Positions 20,052-30,861 of a DNA stretch of 64,000 nt are shown here, piece by piece. This stretch comes from Candidatus Latescibacterota bacterium (GTDB lineage Bacteria > Latescibacterota > UBA2968 > UBA8231). The translations under genes were made by a program, and so were the position numbers. The stretch covers positions 2,912,001-2,976,000 of the forward strand of contig OZ242318.1 in the NCBI GenBank assembly GCA_965208105.1, in the 5' to 3' direction. Every line of letters starts with the position of its first letter. Within the stretch, counting starts at the first letter, position 1. The notes below the pieces were generated by a model that was not told where the DNA came from, did not search any database, and worked only from the letters and a program-made list of their open reading frames with translations.

Positions 20052-21398
20052 CTATGGATTCTCCAGGCTGTTGTTGGCAGCGGACTCCAGGTCCTTCAAG
20101 ACCTGATCGATGTTGCCGCCCTCGAGAATTTCTACCACTGCGTCTGCAATCTGGCGCCGCACTTGCGAATATCCTACAACAACCGGCTCAGACTTGCCGT
20201 AAGCCAACAATCCGTAGGCCGTCTCGTAATTCGGATTTTCCGTAAAGTAGTCTCCCAGACCTCTTGCCGTACTTTTTCTCACCGGGAAGTAGTTGCTCGC
20301 CCGCACCCACCTGGCCTGTTGAGCCGGCTCGGTAAACCATTTGACAAAGAGCCAGGCAGCCAGCTGTTGCTCGGGGGTGGTCCGGCAGATGGAAACACTG
20401 GCTCCATATATATTCATCGCCGGGGCTTCCCCTTCAAATGGGGGAGCAGCCACCCTCCAATCAAACCCGATTCCGGATTCAACCGCATTTTTGAAAAAGG
20501 GCATCCCTGAAGAGGAGCGAAGGGCAAACAGCACTTGCCCCACACTAAACTCACTTGTGTCGCCATATGGCTCACCGAGCAAACCCGCAGCCCCTTCCGT
20601 GGTCAGTCCCTGCATAAGAGCCAGCGCCTCCCTGACTTCTTGAGTATCGAGCGTATAAGCACTTCTCTCCTCGTTCATGAAATCGCCTCCTCGACTGAAG
20701 GTCATGGAGGCCAGGCGGCTTGCGTCTGCATCCATCAGAAACCCAAGGCTGCGATCTTTGTTCGGAGACCCGCTGAAGGGCTGGCCGCTGGCATTTCGAC
20801 ACATCTCTGCAAATTGGGACCAATTTCCGGGCGGAGCCTCATAGCCCAGTTCACCGAGCCAGTCGGCATTGTAGTAAAGAATCTCCATGGATCGATTTGG
20901 AGGGAACCCCGTTTGCACCCCCTGAAAATTGTCCTGCTCGATAAATGCCGTGAAGTAATCCTCCCGGACCTCTGCGGGCAGCCCCCATTTGGGCGAGTCC
21001 ATGTATTCGGTGAGATCCAGAATCCCTTCTGCCTGGTAATACGCCTGCGCCTGGTTCTGGTAGGCGACGACAAGCTGGGGCAATGAGCCTGCCTGGAGTG
21101 CTACCAACATCTTGTTGTAGATGTCCTTGTATGGACCGGCGTACTCTCCACGCACCTGTATTCCATAAGGATTCATGCGGTTGAAGTCCGAGATCAGTTC
21201 GAGCAACTTTTCCTCGCGTTGGCGAGTATGCTGATACCAGAAGACAACCTCTTGCCCTGTGGGGTCCAACAGCTCCAGGCTGACGGGGATTTTCGCCTCC
21301 CGTTCTCGTCCGGTGTTGCAGGCCCCCATCAAGACGGAGAACGACAAAACGGCGGCGAATCTGCCACTGCGGGCAATATCTTTCAGCAAAGTTCTCAT
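20052..21398 (-). CDS. Sugar ABC transporter substrate-binding lipoprotein
   Basis: Lipobox LMGAC; ILYYNADW and AAWLFVKWF motifs; downstream of two permeases. Confidence 0.88.
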   Translation of the reverse strand: MRTLLKDIARSGRFAAVLSFSVLMGACNTGREREAKIPVSLELLDPTGQEVVFWYQHTRQREEKLLELISDFNRMNPYGIQVRGEYAGPYKDIYNKMLVALQAGSLPQLVVAYQNQAQAYYQAEGILDLTEYMDSPKWGLPAEVREDYFTAFIEQDNFQGVQTGFPPNRSMEILYYNADWLGELGYEAPPGNWSQFAEMCRNASGQPFSGSPNKDRSLGFLMDADASRLASMTFSRGGDFMNEERSAYTLDTQEVREALALMQGLTTEGAAGLLGEPYGDTSEFSVGQVLFALRSSSGMPFFKNAVESGIGFDWRVAAPPFEGEAPAMNIYGASVSICRTTPEQQLAAWLFVKWFTEPAQQARWVRASNYFPVRKSTARGLGDYFTENPNYETAYGLLAYGKSEPVVVGYSQVRRQIADAVVEILEGGNIDQVLKDLESAANNSLENP

Positions 21399-22240
21399 TC
21401 TTTAATCCCGGAAAAGGAGATGCCGTCTGTGAATTCTCTCTGAACAAAGAAGTAGATCAGAAGTACGGGAATGGTTGCGATTACAGCACCGGCCATCTGC
21501 AAATGCGCCTCGGCGCCGGCCTCGCTGACAAATTGAAGCAATCCCACGGAAATGGGACGCCAGTCTGGTGTATTGGTCACCAACAACGGCCACGCCAATG
21601 CGTTCCAGGCACCAATAAACGCAAACATTCCCACCGTGAGCAAAGGAGCGCGACACAGGGGCAGCGCAATCTGAAATAGAAACCGCAGGTGCCCGGCTCC
21701 GTCAATCTGGGCTGCGTCCCAGAGCTCCCTGGGTATTCCCCTGAGGAACTGGCGCAGCAGGAAGATGCTGAAGGCGCTGGCCATGAAGGGCACCGTCAGA
21801 GATGGCCAGCTGTTCAGCCAGGGGAAAGGACTGTGCCGGTGCAGCCACGAGACAGTGAGAAAGTTGGGCACCAGAGTCACAGTTTCCGGTACCATGAGCA
21901 TTGCCAGAATGGCGGTAAAGACCAGGCCTCGACCAAAAAATCTCATTCGCGCCAGGGAGTAGGCAGCCAGTAAAGAGAAAAGCATGGTTCCAGCCACTTG
22001 CAGACCCGAGATAATCAGGGAATTGGCAAAGTAGAGTCCAAAATCTGCCTCCCTCCAGGCCAAAACATAGTTTTCCCACTGCAGTCTCCCCGGAACGAGA
22101 ACCCGCCGCAAGGTCTCTCCCTGTTCCATAAAAGAGGTCAGCAACATCCACACGAAAGGGAAAACCGCGACCATGCTTCCGGCGACGAGGCCTGCGTAGA
22201 TCAACAACCGCCACTTATCTTTTTGACTTCTAGTCGCCAT
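21395..22240 (-). CDS. Carbohydrate ABC transporter permease
   Basis: EAA-like loop IPRELWDAAQIDGAG; start MATRSQ at 22240. Confidence 0.9.
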   Translation of the reverse strand: MATRSQKDKWRLLIYAGLVAGSMVAVFPFVWMLLTSFMEQGETLRRVLVPGRLQWENYVLAWREADFGLYFANSLIISGLQVAGTMLFSLLAAYSLARMRFFGRGLVFTAILAMLMVPETVTLVPNFLTVSWLHRHSPFPWLNSWPSLTVPFMASAFSIFLLRQFLRGIPRELWDAAQIDGAGHLRFLFQIALPLCRAPLLTVGMFAFIGAWNALAWPLLVTNTPDWRPISVGLLQFVSEAGAEAHLQMAGAVIATIPVLLIYFFVQREFTDGISFSGIKE

Positions 22241-23372
22241 AGAAGACCCTTCTCCCAACCAGCCGGTTCTGTATGAGCGTAAGGGCGAGAATGGCCAAAA
22301 AAAGTAGAATGGCGATCGCCGCAGCATAGCCGGCGTTGTGGTATTCGAAGATCAAGTCAAAGACGACAACACTGAGCACGTCCACGGTATCCCGTGCGCC
22401 CGCGGTGCGCATGATGTAGACGTGGTTGAAAGCCTTGAAGGTGCCAATGACACCGACGATGGACAGAAAGAAGAGTACAGGGGAGAGCAGGGGCAAGGTA
22501 ATGTGGCGGAAAGACTGCCAGGTGCTTGCTCCATCCATCAATGCAACTTCGTAGTAGTGCCGCGGTATGGCGCTAAGCCCGGCCAGGAGAATGACGGTGT
22601 CGTAGCCAATGTAGACCCAGATATTGTAAAGAATGACAGAGACCAGCGCTAGACTGGGGAAATAGCTCTCAATCCACGGCGGATACTCGCTTACGCCCAG
22701 TGCCTGCAACAGCAGAGCGACTACCGAGGTGCTCTCGTAGAGCCAGCGCTGTTCCTCAAATCCAAGCCAACCCCAGAACCTGTTCGCCCAGGAGGAAGGG
22801 TGGGGGCTGAAGATTGTCCGGAACACCACGGCTGTGGCAATGGTCGGAGTAACATAAGGCAGAAAATACAATACCCTGAACAGCCCTTTAAGTTGCAAAC
22901 TCTTGAAAAGCAGGTAGGCCAACCCCAGCGAAATGCACAACTCTGCAGGGATGGTTCCCAACGTATAAAACAAGGTGACCCGGAAACCGTTATAAAGCCT
23001 GGCATCTCCGCTCTCCACCATGCCGCACAAGCCCATCCCAAGGGACAGCCACAGGCCTGCCCCCAGCAGGATCATCCATGAAAGTGGAGGTAGAAAAGCA
23101 GGGCCCATCTTCCTCTCTTCCATGGCACGCCGCAGGCGAAAGGCTCCCCAGACCAGAAGCAGGCCACACAGGAAATATCCCAAATACCCAAGTTGTCCAA
23201 GCGCTCTCAGGTAATGGTCCCATCCGACAAATGCTTCTTGCCTGATCCGCCACTGGTGCAAACTGACGTAGAATGCATAAACGATGGGAAATAGCCCGAA
23301 CGCCACCAGGCCGGTCAAAGCGGGAGCGAGAAACCCCCAGGCCAGGGCCTGTTCCCTGAAACCACTGTTCAT
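22230..23372 (-). CDS. Carbohydrate ABC transporter permease
   Basis: GLSAIPRHYYEVALMDGAS and FRHITLPLL motifs; multiple TM helices. Confidence 0.9.
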   Translation of the reverse strand: MNSGFREQALAWGFLAPALTGLVAFGLFPIVYAFYVSLHQWRIRQEAFVGWDHYLRALGQLGYLGYFLCGLLLVWGAFRLRRAMEERKMGPAFLPPLSWMILLGAGLWLSLGMGLCGMVESGDARLYNGFRVTLFYTLGTIPAELCISLGLAYLLFKSLQLKGLFRVLYFLPYVTPTIATAVVFRTIFSPHPSSWANRFWGWLGFEEQRWLYESTSVVALLLQALGVSEYPPWIESYFPSLALVSVILYNIWVYIGYDTVILLAGLSAIPRHYYEVALMDGASTWQSFRHITLPLLSPVLFFLSIVGVIGTFKAFNHVYIMRTAGARDTVDVLSVVVFDLIFEYHNAGYAAAIAILLFLAILALTLIQNRLVGRRVFYGD

Positions 23373-23520
23373 TCGGCGCAAAGGATTCTGATCTGGATTA
23401 GGTTGGTCGCCAACCGACAGGGGAATTGATGGGGGTCAACTCCGTAATCCTTCGGAAGGAAAAAGGAGGCTGCACTTTTTCCCGTTTGATTTCGTGGGAT
23501 GCCAGGTATGGGCCAAGACG

Positions 23521-23558
23521 AAAAAATTCCTTGAGATCATTGAAATCCCAAGGAATTA
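23521..23558 (-). terminator. Rho-independent terminator after tRNA-Gln
   Basis: Hairpin AATTCCTTG.../...CAAGGAATT with an A-tract on + (U-tract on -). Confidence 0.65.
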
Positions 23559-23570
23559 AGAGGGTAAAGC

Positions 23571-23644
23571 TGGCTGCGCCCCAGGGATTCGAACCCCGAT
23601 AACATGATCCAGAGTCATGTGTCCTGCCATTGAACGAGGGCGCA
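23571..23644 (-). tRNA. tRNA-Gln(CTG)
   Basis: Cloverleaf TGCGCCC...CATGA CT CTG GA TCATG...GGTTCGAATCC...GGGCGCAGCCA. Confidence 0.95.
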
Positions 23645-23655
23645 GCAACTTAAAC

Positions 23656-23747
<92 letters not shown>

Positions 23748-23775
23748 GCATCCATTTGCCGTTGGCTCGATAAAT

Positions 23776-23810
23776 TCCATATTGGCGGAGGGTGAGTCCG
23801 CCAATATGGA
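23776..23810. repeat. att site: duplicated tRNA 3' end within a perfect 14-bp inverted repeat with 7-bp spacer
   Basis: TCCATATTGGCGGA-GGGTGAG-TCCGCCAATATGGA. Confidence 0.85.
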
Positions 23811-23951
23811 GATCCACAACACTCCCTTGCGTTTTTCCTGGTATCTGTTAAATTATTAAAATCAGTGGGTTATATTATCTTTCGATTTCTTTTGGCTTCG
23901 CGCGAGTTCTCGTGGTTCCATGTAAAATAATGATAACAGGAGTGATACCCA

Positions 23952-25061
23952 ATGAATCGTCCAATCAAATTAAGTGCTGCTTTTATTAGGACCGTGAACC
24001 AACCCGGCCGCTACGGTGATGGTCGTGGTGGACATGGATTGTCCCTGCTGGTGAAACCAACCTCTTCGGGTAGGCTCTCGAAAACCTTTTCCCAAAGAAT
24101 AAGAATTAACGGCCATCCGTGCAACATTGGGCTCGGTTCCTTTCCGGTGATCTCTTTGGCTGAGGCTCGCGAAAAGGCCCTGGAAAACCGCCGAGCAGTA
24201 GCGCGAGGTGGCGATCCTCGTGACAGGTCTGGTGGCATTCCGACCTTTGAACAAGCCGTCGAAAAGGTGATTGCGATTCACGAACCGAATTGGAAGGACG
24301 GTGCCCGGTCTGCTGAAATCTGGCGGTCGACTCTCCGAGACTACGCAATGCCGAGACTTGGGCGCAAACCGGTGAACAAAATAACCACTTCGGACGTTTT
24401 GGCTGTGCTGGTTCCCATTTGGACTGAAAAGAGGGAAACCGCCAAGCGAGTCAGGCAGCGGATCGGTGCAATAATGAAATGGGCCATTGCCGAGGGACAC
24501 CGCGAGGACAACCCGGCTGGCGAGGCCATAGGTGCTGCTCTGCCCAACAAAGGCGCTCTCCGGAAGCACCAAAAAGCCCTACCACATGGAGAAGTAGGGG
24601 AGGCCTTGAGGAAAGTGAAGCAATCCAATGCCTGGCCAGCTACCAAACTCGCTTTCGAGTTCCTTGTATTGACCGCAGCGCGCTCGGGTGAGGTAAGGGG
24701 CGCAAGGTGGGAAGAGATCGACCTTGAAGATGGCACATGGACCGTACCGGGCGAACGGATAAAGGCCGGTCGAGAACACCGAGTCCCTCTTTCTCCTCGT
24801 GCGCTTGAAGTATTGACCGAGGCAGAGGAGATGGCAGAGGGTTCAGGCTTGGTATTCCCGTCACCACGAGGAAAGGTGTTGTCGGATATGACTCTGTCGA
24901 AGCTGGTCCGTGAGCTGGGCATCCCAGCCGTTCCGCACGGTTTTCGTTCGAGTTTCCGGGATTGGGCTGCAGGCCCACCCATGAGTCAGGTTATTCCCGG
25001 CTGCTGTTATTTCCGATTGCCAGCCAATCCCGGAATCCCAGCCGGTTGGTGGCCAAGATAA
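23952..25061 (+). pseudogene. P4-type tyrosine integrase, C-terminally truncated
   Basis: Arm-binding N-terminus (YGDGRGGHGLSLLV, GLGSFPVISLAEAR), TAARSGE, HRVPLS, HGFRSSFRDW; then unrelated sequence with no LxH/catalytic-Tyr box. Confidence 0.8.
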
Positions 25062-25142
25062 CCTCCTCCAAATCCTTCGATTCGAGGTAGTAGCTTATTT
25101 TTTTGCGTAACCCCTTGACCGGTAGCGGCAATCCGGTTATTA

Positions 25143-25499
25143 TTGAAAAGCATTGACCCTGTAACCCTGGAGAGCAGAATGCTCAAGGATCCGATTTGTG
25201 TCCTAACCCCCTTTGCCTGTTCCGTACTCTTCAGGCGCTCTGGAGAATCCGTGAGGCGTGCCACTCGCATGGGGTATGTTAAGACTCGGCTTGTGGTAAA
25301 TTTCACAGGCAAACAGGTTCGCCTTATCGATTTGAATGACGCTTCAAAGTACTGGGGAAAGCCGAATGCCGGGCAGATAAAGGAAATGCGGCGCAATGGG
25401 GTTATTCTGGAGGTCCAGGGAAAAAAATATGCTGTTCTACATCCCTTTCCCCTGGTTGCTTCCGAGGGATTGTTGAAAAACTTGAAAGTCGAGGATTAG
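25143..25499 (+). CDS. Hypothetical protein of the island backbone
   Basis: 118-aa ORF between the integrase and AlpA, ending 5 bp before AlpA. Confidence 0.5.
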   Translation: MKSIDPVTLESRMLKDPICVLTPFACSVLFRRSGESVRRATRMGYVKTRLVVNFTGKQVRLIDLNDASKYWGKPNAGQIKEMRRNGVILEVQGKKYAVLHPFPLVASEGLLKNLKVED

Positions 25500-25504
25500 G
25501 CAAA

Positions 25505-25696
25505 ATGGAAGCTAAGAGCATCATCAGACCGTCAGAGCTTGCCGAATTGCTCAGTCTCTCTCGCACAACGATTTGGCGGCGTGTAAGGAGTGGAGATTTC
25601 CCTTCTCCCGTCCGGCTTGGCGGACCGGGGTCCCGAGCAGTCGGTTGGTACCGGACAGCCGTTGAGAATTGGTTGCGTGACCGACCAGTCGCCTGA
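25505..25696 (+). CDS. AlpA-family excisionase/transcriptional regulator
   Basis: LSLSRTTIWRRVRSGDFPSPVRLG...RAVGW...VENWL. Confidence 0.9.
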   Translation: MEAKSIIRPSELAELLSLSRTTIWRRVRSGDFPSPVRLGGPGSRAVGWYRTAVENWLRDRPVA

Positions 25697-26116
25697 GATT
25701 CACCAGCGCGGGACCAGGATTGGCAGAGGGCCAATCAGGCCAATCTCGTAAGGCGAAGGACTATTTCCTGGGCCGAGTGAAGGAGATCACAGCACCAAGG
25801 TTATACCACCGGCGATCAGTCAAGTTTTCAATTGGGGCTGTTTTTATAATTCCTGGCGCTTTGAACAGGTAATTGGCCTGCATTCTGCTTAACCTGGTGT
25901 CCCAATTTTTCATTTTATGAGCCGATATGGACATAGTCGGCGCCCGCTGCCTTTGTAGAGGAGGAGAAGATGGGTTTACAGCAAAATTTCCAGTTCAACT
26001 CAGTTCACTACCAGGTGTTCAGTTTCTGGTGATCTCGGGTCTCGCCCCCATAGCCATAGAGTTTTTACCCATCGTTAAATTTGACCGCCAACAATAAACG
26101 ACGAAGAGGTAGTACG

Positions 26117-28198
26117 ATGGTGACCGAAATTGCAATTCCCAAAACTTCCACAGCAAGCAGCAATGGCTTTCACGACCCTCGCCAGGAAGGCGCCAGACAA
26201 CTGCGCCCAGATCACGAGCAGCAACTTCTAGACTCAGGAATATCAAAGACCGTGATCTATCATAGAGGCTACGAAAGCGTCACGGCTGAAGAATTTGCGC
26301 ACAACCCCAAGCTCGCGAAATTTTCCGTGGCCTCCCGCCTGTCCGGTCTTCTCATTCCCCATTGCAATACTGGCGGCATGCGGTACCAGCTCAAGCCGGA
26401 CAATCCTCTCCAGGATTCTCGCGGCAAGCCCAAAAAGTATCTGTTCGAGCAGGGGTCCAGGAAATTCATCGACACGCTGCATTCCCCTCCGGGGGTCTTG
26501 AATGATCCTTGCCGGCCTATTGTAATAATAGAAGGGATAAAAAAGGGTGACGCCCTGGCTTCGCATCCCTTCGGCCAGGGTCTCTCTATTATCATTTTAG
26601 ACAGCTGCACCAGCGGCCTATCCAGTGGGGAAAAGAAAGAACTTCAGGAACCTCTGCTTAGCATGGTCCTGGAGGGTCGAACTGTATATGTGTGCCTGGA
26701 TGCAGATCTCGCTACAAATAAGAATGTGTGGGATGCTGCCAACAAGCTGCGGGAGAGGCTCCTTGAAAAAAATGCTGCTGTCAGGTTCGTGGAGATTCCC
26801 CCTGGGGAGACAGGGAAAGAGGGGCTTGACGATTATATCGCCGGAAATGGGGACCCCGAGAATCTGTTCAACAAGGCCAAGGCTGCTCTTCCCCCACAAC
26901 CCCCGCCCAAGCCCCGGGGGAGGCCCCCCAACCCACGGCCCAAGATTGACTCTACCGGCTGCGTGTTTATTCCTCATGATTGTGCTTCGGGCTACCGGAG
27001 CTTCAGGGAGGCCCTGAAGGCCCTGGGGTTAGAGGTTCGGCTCAATGAGCGCGGTGCTCTTACTGAATATCGGGCTTTAAGTAAGAGCACTGTACCCGGG
27101 TATCCCTTGGAGGACTGGACCCCGGCCAGCGATCAAATGGAATCTACCATACGCGAAATAATGTGCGAACGGGTCCTGGTGAGGTCGCCAGGAGATGGTG
27201 AGCCGGAGCTTTCTCGCTATCGGATAAGCAAGGGTAATTTTCCCGAGTTTTTGTCGGCGGCCACCGCCCGCAAGAGGGTAGATCCTTTCGAGGATTACGT
27301 CTTATCCCAAAGTTGGGATGGGGAGCCGAGAATAGACCTGGTACTCTGCGACGCCTTTGGATGCGAAGCGACGGAAATTAATAGAACAATCAGCAGCAGG
27401 ATTTTTATTTGGGCCGTCGAGCGCACCCTTTTCCCCGGCACCAAGCAAGATATTATGCCCATCCTGGTGGGCAGGCAGGGCATAGGCAAGTCCACCTTTC
27501 TGCGAAATATCTTTCCCCATCCCTCTTTTTTTACCGATGCGTTCTCGTTCTCTATGCCCTATACGAGGCAAATTGAAGCCACAAATGGAGTTGTGTTGGT
27601 GGAGGTTTCAGAGCTTATCGGGCTTCGCCGTCAGGAGCAGAGTGCATGCAAGGCCTACCTGAGCATGCAGGAGGACAAAACCAGGCCAGCATATGGCAGG
27701 CGGACCGAATCGTATCCGCGCAGGTTTATCATAGTGGGGACGTCCAATGATGACGGGACCGGGGTGTTGCCCGACGACCCTACAGGATCTCGTCGTTATG
27801 CAGTAGTGGTCTGCAAAGATGAGAGTGAAATTGATTTCGGGGTGAGGAGTCAGTGGTGGGCCGAAGCCCTGCAAAGAGTGCAATCGGGTGAAGATACGCG
27901 AATTCCCAGGGAGCTGTATGAGGATCAAGCGGCGGTCAATGCAAAATTCAGGCACCCTCAGACCATCATGGAGGAGAAATTGAGGAAGTTCCTGGGGTCG
28001 GAGCAGAGCAGAAATTTCAGTGGCAAGTCCTGGTCTGAGATCTGGAGGAGGGCCTATGAGGATGAGGAAGTCGGCGGCCAGCCTCTCTCTGATAAAAGGG
28101 TCGCAAACATGGCCTGCCGTGTGCTGCGAAACTGCCAGTGGACAAAGGATCACAGGCGAGACGGGGACATATGGTGGCATCCAGACCCCAGTCACTAA
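26117..28198 (+). CDS. DUF3854/Toprim primase fused to VirE (VapE) P-loop helicase
   Basis: YQLKPDNP, IIEGIKKG, CLDAD and GLDDY (Toprim); WDGEPRID, GRQGIGKST, RPAYGR, GTSND and TGSRRY (VirE); start 26117. Confidence 0.85.
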   Translation: MVTEIAIPKTSTASSNGFHDPRQEGARQLRPDHEQQLLDSGISKTVIYHRGYESVTAEEFAHNPKLAKFSVASRLSGLLIPHCNTGGMRYQLKPDNPLQDSRGKPKKYLFEQGSRKFIDTLHSPPGVLNDPCRPIVIIEGIKKGDALASHPFGQGLSIIILDSCTSGLSSGEKKELQEPLLSMVLEGRTVYVCLDADLATNKNVWDAANKLRERLLEKNAAVRFVEIPPGETGKEGLDDYIAGNGDPENLFNKAKAALPPQPPPKPRGRPPNPRPKIDSTGCVFIPHDCASGYRSFREALKALGLEVRLNERGALTEYRALSKSTVPGYPLEDWTPASDQMESTIREIMCERVLVRSPGDGEPELSRYRISKGNFPEFLSAATARKRVDPFEDYVLSQSWDGEPRIDLVLCDAFGCEATEINRTISSRIFIWAVERTLFPGTKQDIMPILVGRQGIGKSTFLRNIFPHPSFFTDAFSFSMPYTRQIEATNGVVLVEVSELIGLRRQEQSACKAYLSMQEDKTRPAYGRRTESYPRRFIIVGTSNDDGTGVLPDDPTGSRRYAVVVCKDESEIDFGVRSQWWAEALQRVQSGEDTRIPRELYEDQAAVNAKFRHPQTIMEEKLRKFLGSEQSRNFSGKSWSEIWRRAYEDEEVGGQPLSDKRVANMACRVLRNCQWTKDHRRDGDIWWHPDPSH

Positions 28199-28199
28199 G

Positions 28200-28340
28200 G
28201 TGATTGTGATTGACGTGATTATGTTTTTTATGGGAGGAAAGAAAAAAAGAAAATACAGGAAGTTGTTGATTTTCTGTAATTTAATTTATTTTGCCCTCAT
28301 AGAGGAAAAGATGATCACATATTCAGATAATCACACACAT
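28200..28340. repeat. Iteron-like repeats, putative replication origin
   Basis: GTGATT x3 (28200, 28206, 28215), AT-rich spacer, inverted ATCAC copies (28314, 28330) directly after the primase-helicase stop. Confidence 0.5.
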
Positions 28341-29542
28341 AGATCCGCCAGGGCTACCAAGCATTCTTGAAAGGGAAAATTTATGCCATTGAATTTTCCT
28401 TTACTCGAAGGGAAAGGACAGGGTGTAGGTTCTCCGCATACCCTCAAAATACGATGCCCGGTCGGGGAAGTTCACCGCCGTGGTGCGGAGGCAAGCGGCC
28501 AGTGGAACAAGGCTATGAAGAGCATCGAGGATATTGAAATTCATGGACCTGGGCAACATTGCCCGGGGGTGGTCTGCCTTCATCGACGGAAAGCCGAATT
28601 ATCAGTATATGCTGGCAGGCGCCGAGTGGCCGGAGGCGAAGACCAAGAACACAAGGAGGAATTCGGCATCCTGGTATGTCCGTGGTCCAAGGGTCAGTTG
28701 CCCAACCTTCAACTGAGGTCTCGTCTCACTCTACGAGCATGTTTGAAAATTCGGCCATTCCATGATATGGAATGATGGCCTATATTTTCTGCCAAAGAGA
28801 CAGCGTGAAGTACCTTCCAATGGAATTTTCCAAAAATCTTGCCGCCCAAATTGGGCAGGAAGGAGACCCCGCTGCCATACGCAAATTACAACCTAGCATA
28901 TCTCATTTTACCACATGATGAACTCCTTGCCACTGGCTTGGGTAATACACAAAAGGCAGCTTCAAGATTTTTAATTTTTCTCGATTTGAGAAAACGGGAG
29001 CTTAGAAGATTTATTTAACATATTGTAAATAAATAATATAAGGCGAATGATCCGCCAACCAAATAGTGACTGAAATGGGAATTATAAATATTTAACACCA
29101 CTCCGGCGGAAGAGGTGACAGCGGTACCTTTTCTCTGAGGATTTCAAGTGGAACAAATTTTCACCACTCTGCAGTTGTAGCCATCGGTCGAGCCTCCCTG
29201 GTGTGAATGAGATTTATGGATCTGAGGCGTACGCTCCAGCCGAAAATAAAACCGGCCAGACCGAAGAACCGCCAGTACGAGATTGGGGAATGGAGGTCTC
29301 CGAAAAGCTTGTGAAAGCCACCTACAGGCAGGAGGATTTTCAACCAATCCCACAGGGAAATGTCGCTCAGACCTGAACTTCATCGGAACACTTTTCACTG
29401 CACCTGTTTCGTGGTTGGCTCCTTTCTCTAGAACCATTCTCCAAACACAGCGGCGTTGTGCTTTGACGGAATGGGTCCAGGTTTAGGGAACCCCTAGAAA
29501 TTCGCGATCAGTGGACTGCTACGAATAGTACGGACCTGGAAA

Positions 29543-29764
29543 ATGACGACAGATCCTGCGGTTTTTGACTCGAACCTCCCGGCCTGGAAGCAAGGTCAGG
29601 ATACACCCTGGGGCATTCTGCGCCGCACCATTGCTATTCGAAACCTGACCGCTCATCTTTCAGAACCCTCCCTCGATATACTCGATGCCGGAGGCGGGAA
29701 CGCGGGGGATTTTCCCTTTGGCGAAAACCGGCACCGGGTTGACATAGTCGATTACTCTAAGTGA
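29543..29764 (+). pseudogene. Truncated class I SAM methyltransferase (CmoM/SmtA-like N-terminus)
   Basis: TPWGILRR...ILDAGGGN...VDIVDYS, then a stop at 73 aa. Confidence 0.6.
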
Positions 29765-29920
29765 TGAGGTTCCCACCAGCCGGGTCCACTCCACTCAGAA
29801 AAGGAGTGATATCTTTTGTATTCGAAATAAATTCGTGGGTCATTAATCGGAATTGACTGGAATGGTGAAGAGAAATCCTTTACCTATAAATCCCAGGTCC
29901 TCAGGGAGGATGGAAAAACC

Positions 29921-30850
29921 TTGCAACCGGAATCTAGCCGTCTGCCACCAGTCCCATGGGATGAACTGGTAGTTCTGGAATACTGTGACTACTATATTGA
30001 CGTCCAACTCTGGGCACCCCAAGGGAAACTGAGACCCAACCAATGGTTAGACAACTTCACAGATGAGGAAAAACCATTTGCAGTGCAAGTACTTGGGTCG
30101 TTCATCTACTATCCTGAGCAAATGGTTGACCAGATGCTAAAGGCAGCGATCCTTTCGTTGCAAGCTGTGGACCAGTACGGCGGCGACTTCCAAGCATCGG
30201 TAAGGGACTGGCATCGGCTGGTGAACTCATTGATTTTTTGTCCCCTTTCGGGCGAAATTCCGAATCCGTCTGACAGCGGATATGTCTTCGCACGGAAAGC
30301 ACGACAGGTGTTGGGAGCCCCTCAGAACAACATTCTGGAGCCAAAAGATGTGCTTCAGAGAGTTCGATTCTTTGGTGCAGAAAAGGTCGTTTTCCTTGAC
30401 GATTTTGTAGGAACGGGAGATCAATGCAAAATAAATTGGAATCGAGAAATTGACGGCTCTGGGATTTCCTTCGCAGATCTCGCCCAAGGAGGTGACGCTC
30501 AATTTTATTATTGTCCCCTGATTTGCACTGAGGCCGGATATTCTCGAATAAAATCAACCTGCCCCGAGCTTGAGGTCCGTCCCCTTCATCTTTTACCGAA
30601 AAATTATAGTCTTACCTCAACCGATTCGATCTTCTGGCCAGCTAACCTGAGTGAGGACGGCCCAATGGTCTTGCACCAGGCAAGCATGCGTGCCGGACTT
30701 GTCGATTCAGGTGGAAGAGATGTGAATGATTGGCAAGGCTATGGTCAGTTTGGACTTGCGATGGCCTTCTACCACTCAATTCCTGATGCTTGTCTACCTA
30801 TCCTCTATTGGGAGGAAAATGGTTGGATCCCACTGATGAGACGCACTTGA
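29921..30850 (+). CDS. Phosphoribosyltransferase-like conflict-system protein (PRTase-CE type)
   Basis: WLDNF, SDSG, PRPP-loop VVFLDDFVGTGDQ, GYG...FYHSIPD..LPILYW. Confidence 0.8.
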   Translation: MQPESSRLPPVPWDELVVLEYCDYYIDVQLWAPQGKLRPNQWLDNFTDEEKPFAVQVLGSFIYYPEQMVDQMLKAAILSLQAVDQYGGDFQASVRDWHRLVNSLIFCPLSGEIPNPSDSGYVFARKARQVLGAPQNNILEPKDVLQRVRFFGAEKVVFLDDFVGTGDQCKINWNREIDGSGISFADLAQGGDAQFYYCPLICTEAGYSRIKSTCPELEVRPLHLLPKNYSLTSTDSIFWPANLSEDGPMVLHQASMRAGLVDSGGRDVNDWQGYGQFGLAMAFYHSIPDACLPILYWEENGWIPLMRRT

Positions 30851-30861
30851 AGGCTTAAATC

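Noticed and set aside
28515-28775. Possible phage ssDNA-binding protein remnant (FMDLGNIARGWSAFIDG)
   Set aside because: Short, frameshifted and based only on vague resemblance
29040-29125. Degenerate second att site (CGGCGGAAGAGGTGAC; TCCGCCAA) marking a nested ~5-kb satellite end
   Set aside because: Similarity to the 14-bp att is too weak and gapped to support without comparative genomes
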